A DNA stretch of 64,000 bases, taken from contig CM060732.1 in assembly GCA_030704615.1 (NCBI GenBank), positions 27,218,001 to 27,282,000 on the forward strand, in the 5' to 3' direction. The stretch's first letter is position 1. The number at the start of each line of letters is the position of its first letter. Both the position numbers and the translations under genes were made by a program. The DNA comes from Takakia lepidozioides (Eukaryota > Plantae > Bryophyta). The notes below the pieces were generated by a model, which was given only the letters and a program-made list of their open reading frames with translations, did no database searches and was not told the DNA's origin. Positions 59,739 to 64,000 of this stretch are shown here, in pieces.

Positions 59739-62415
59739 TTACTGTTTGGGATCAACAAACCTTTGTGAGCGAGCACCCTTCTGTCGGTGAGAGTCGCGTG
59801 AAGGACTCCGTGTGTGAGCCCGAGTCCTGTCACTGGCGGATGGAGATGATTGAGCACTACCTGGAAATGTCTGACCCTCCTTTTGTGGCTGATAACGAGG
59901 TAATCTCTCAGGCATAGGAGATCCCCGTCGTTTCTTCTCTGCCATCTGAAGTGCATAGTCCTTTGCCATGTCAAAAGAGTCCTCTGAAGAAACAGTAGTA
60001 TCATAATCCTCGTCCCCCCTTAGGTGCTTTAACGGCCGAACTTTAAGTGGAATCCTGTGTGGCATACAATGTGGTCCCACCATGTCTGGAAGTTTAAACT
60101 GTATAACTTGCTGTAAGCGCTTGCAAGCAAAATTAGTGAACACCCTGAACTCCTTATCCGTATAGGTGAGAGGTGTGCCAATGACTTTGGAACAGTGTAA
60201 GTATTTCCAGGCTTCATGTCCCTTAAAGAAAATATCCTCAGGGCCGAATTTCTGTGTTGTCAAATTGTTCCAAGCCGAATTAAACCATGAACGAAGTTGG
60301 GAATCCTTCTGCATCATAACTTTTGTATCATATAGGTACATATGAGGTGGTACTGAAGGTAAGACCCAATGATCCCCACTGGAATAACTCAGAAATCGTG
60401 ATTGCATCCTCTGCTGCTCAATGTGATAACGTGCCAGAAAACAAGCAGCATAGTATAATCCACAGCCCATGACAATACTAGATACCTCCTTGGTTTTGGT
60501 ATAGATGTACCCATGTATAACCTGGAAGGCAATTAATTCCTTCAGCATGGTACCTGCCTCAGACCAGTACCTCGCAAAGTGATGATCCTCAATGGGTCGA
60601 TTGTCCGGAAGAACCTTAGTCCGAGTTGCCACCGGCAACCAAATGCGCATGATCTGGTAGTAATGTGCCAACGACTGCGGAGGACTAAATTCCTTCCAAG
60701 TCAAGTCCAGCACAATGGGAATTTGGTTGAAGGGCATAATCATAGCCCGACTGTATTCCCGTGCAGCAGGAGCCCTAGGTGGGTTAAAAGCAGCATCCCC
60801 CCATACCTCAAGCTGTGGTTCGGCTGTAGTAGCAACAGGGTCAGCTACCTGCACAGCCACCTGCTGTGGTATTGGTACCACTGGCATCTCCTACCCCCCC
60901 TGCGAAGAAGACTGAAAAATTAGAGTCCTGGCGTAAATAAGTAGCCATCAGCTGCTCCTCAGGAACAAAGACTCTCTTGTCAATATTTGAACTCAGGTCA
61001 TCCACTTGAGTCTGTAGGCCTTCCACATCCTCCTGTAGCTCTGCTATTCTACTATTCTAATACAGACATTGTCTATAGTAACTGTGGCAATGTTCTGCAC
61101 CTGCAATCTGAGCTCATTCATGTCGTTCTGGGTGAGCTTCTGTGGTGCTTTGCCTTCTACCGGCCCTTGTGCTAACCAGACCTGCATAAGGTGGTTATCC
61201 ACCAAGTCCTGTGTGGCACCCCTAAGAGTTTGCTCCTCCATGAGTCTGTACACATCTAACTGCTGTTGTAAAGCCTCCATGCGCTTCGCATGAGGTTCAA
61301 CCAGACCCGCATATATAGGCAGCAGCCAGATTATTGGCTTCCTTCCGAGCCTTGTTAGCCACAAAGAGTTCATTTCTATTGACCATGACTGTTTTGCAAC
61401 TCCAGGATGTACCTCTCCTGGTCAGCCTCAACCTGTCTGTATTTGAAAGTATTCTCATTGCGACAGATTGTATCCTTCATATCAACAATGAGTTTCGCTT
61501 GCTCTACTATCTCAGCTTCTGCCCTCATACATCTATCCCCTTGTCTGTTAACTTCTAATGCAGTTTGCTCTAGAGTAGTTGTGAGTGTAGCACATTGTAT
61601 GGTCATCTTCTGATGTACTGCCTCCAACTCTGTATGTAGTAAGTTCACTTCTTGCAACTTGCCCTCATGCTTCACCTGCAATTGGTATAACTGTTGCTTA
61701 TGTACTTCATGCAATTGGTCCTGCTCGAGACGTGCTTCAATCAAATGTCCCTTGGCCAACTGCAAGGTAGCCTTTGTGTCCTCCAACTCTTGCTGTAACT
61801 TGAGATTGACCTCCTCATCTACCTTGTTAGCACACTCAGTGGCAATTCGAGCCTCAAACTCCTTCCTGAGTTCCTCCCTCAAAGCTGCCAATTGGGTAGA
61901 TGGAACATGGGATTTCACATAAGTGCCCAACAAATTAAGTGTCCTGCTTATGGAACTCATAAGCATGGCCTGCTAGGGGTCATCATGGTGAACTTGCTGC
62001 TGTTCTCCCTGATCCTCCACAGTGTGATGCCTCACCAACCATTCAGGCCATTGCCCCACCAGATCCTCTTCCTGAACCACCTCATCCTCCACAGACACTG
62101 CAGTGTCTTTATATTCTATCCCTGGTACCTCCGTCACAGGTGTGGGTATTACATGCACAGCAGGGTTTTCCCTGGACAAGCGCTGCACCTCTGGAACCAC
62201 TGATTCCCTTACCAAGGCAGAGTTTTCATAGAGAAGGTCACCGTTCTCAATTTTGGCCACGACCTGCTCTGTAATGGGAATGTCCAACCTTTCTCCGTCC
62301 AAAGCAATTGGGGGTGGTGTCACAGCATGTTCTAACTGTGGAACCTCTAAGACAACTGAGTCAACTGGCTGTGGTGGCTGTGGTACCGAATTGACTTCCT
62401 CTGTCTCCCATATAC
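59739..62415 (-). pseudogene. Broken long ORF of unknown function (acidic region, coiled coil, globular domain) directly upstream of the PPT
   Basis: Co-oriented ORF pieces 61973-62415, 61376-61966, 61044-61373 and 59739-60887. The last stop is ~20 bp before the PPT. Confidence 0.65.
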
Positions 62416-62440
62416 TACAGACTTGACGTAAGAATCTTAC

Positions 62441-63494
62441 ATCAACATTGTAAACAACCCCTATGTCAATCTTGTGAGGGCACTTGTCCTTTATGGCCAC
62501 CGCCATCCCAACAGCATCGTGGAAGGACAAGTAACGCATATAGACGTCATGCTCCAAGGTGAACGAGGACTCCCTCCTCCCGAAAAAGAAGGGGGCCACA
62601 CCCTCGATGCTTTCCATCTGCAGACCCCACACATGCAAAATTGCAGCCCCTTCTCTCCTGAGGACAATCCATCTCAAATCATTGCTTCAAGTGTAAACGG
62701 CTACTAAAAGTCACAGCTCGTAGTTATAACAGCAAAGAAGTGAAAGTACGACTTGTAACAGCTACCGTTCCCTTACTACAATCATCCGGTCCACTTCAAA
62801 TTCCTACAGGTCTCTTTATATGTTATAAATAAATAAATAAATAAACTTTGCTAAGTCCAAGGAAAGCTCCAAGAGCTTATACAAAAGAAAACAGGGTACA
62901 AGACAGAATGTTGGACATTGAACAATGAGTCCAAACACGGCTACTCTAAGGTAGTAAACAAACAAACAAAGATGACGAACTCCCGAGTCATTGACAAAGA
63001 CCACATTGTTTGGGAATTTACCTTGTCCATATGACAACCACTTGTGCATCTCTGTATAAGGAAACAACCTTCCTGGTAGCACATCAAACACGTGAGCTCA
63101 ATCTACGGGCCTGGAATGCGAAGGTACGAAAACAGACGATTCGCGCATCAATATCAACAATAGCGTCTGAATGAGGTGGCAAAGAGACCTAGCAACTCAA
63201 AATGGCAGACCAGGCAGATCAGACGCATTATGCGTGTACACGCGCTGAATTCATGTAGAGTCGACCGATGAGATTATGCTGATAGACCAGACAAACCAAT
63301 ATGGGAGAAGACATAACTAGGTCCTGCAATTCATACTATCAGGCCCTCCAAGACTTACCATAATAAAGCCGCAGATAGTCAGGGCTAAATCCTTCACACA
63401 GCTGGCGAGTTTCTGCAGTGTCTTTATTTGCATCATCTTTCTCGTCAAATTCCGCGCGGTCCTCATCCATGGGCTCCAGGGGTTGTTCTCCCAT
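62441..63494 (-). pseudogene. PRIM1: DNA primase small subunit, first three exons only, with a +1 frameshift
   Basis: Exons 63494-63359 (MGEQ...DYLRLYY), 63072-63022 (RLFPYTEMHKWLSYG) and 62617-62441 (GKHRGC..FGRRESSFTLEHDVYMRY..CPHKIDIG). Extra C near 62593. No further exons were found. Confidence 0.88.
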
Positions 63495-64000
63495 GGTCCT
63501 CGATTCAAGTGAACACAAAAGACTCTAGAGGTGAGGTAAATGAAGGTACATTTTAGCTACCGTCCAATCCCTCCCAGATTGGTGAACAATGTTGTGTACT
63601 CTGCGGCTACATTCATAGCAAACAGCAGACACTAGATTTAGAGACATTCTCAAAATCCTCCTCGGAGCTCTAGTGTAACACACAATGGACCCCTTTCTCA
63701 CAAGCGGACTAAGAAGAAAGGAAGAGCGGCAAGAGAGGATGGAAAAAGTGGGAAATGATTGTACTGGCTGCGCGGGCTTCCTTAGGGATGAGCTCACTAG
63801 ACCCCGCCCATTCATTTACTTTTGGGTTTTAGTACTTCAATGTGCAAAGAAACATTGTTTTTGGGATTTAGGTGGGTGGGCATAGCTTTGTGTAGTCTAG
63901 TGGAGGAGACAATAGCTCCATGAAGAAAAAGCACACAATATTTACAAGTGACATGTTGTCATTTGCAATATATATACATATATATATTTTGTGACGGCGC

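Noticed and set aside
63745-63757. E2F-like site (TTTCCCAC on the minus strand) upstream of PRIM1
   Set aside because: It mismatches TTTCCCGC, and a single short motif is not enough support.

Overview
Eukaryotic land-plant nuclear DNA, probably a non-seed plant such as a moss (inferred from the PLS-DYW PPR style and a PHD-bearing Ty3 element). It has three apparently intact host genes: an intronless PLS-E-DYW RNA-editing PPR gene (14.1-17.35 kb, +), an 11+-exon double polyketide-cyclase/START-like gene (AT5G08720-like, 18.4-28.1 kb, -) and a 14-exon CIPK kinase (45.2-51.2 kb, +). Pseudogenes include PPR paralog fragments, proteasome ATPase RPT1 and a 3'-truncated DNA primase small subunit. 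Both ends of the window are nested transposon piles. On the left, a CACTA element carrying an FCP1/NIF phosphatase-like domain sits inside a hAT. On the right, a DUF659-type hAT sits in the 3' LTR of a retroelement with an unknown env-position ORF, next to a decayed Ty3 pol. Gene space is colonised by one LINE family (7 copies) and a SINE-like partner sharing its 3' hairpin/tail. The most interesting leads are: (i) a CACTA TnpA-like::FCP1/NIF fusion; (ii) a homogenised 303-bp PPR repeat array whose code reads in codon register as x-N/K-G-V-G-V-L/F, suggesting a plastid ndhF editing site; (iii) the LINE/SINE pair; (iv) the unknown env-position ORF. All family assignments come from motif recognition by eye, not from database searches.
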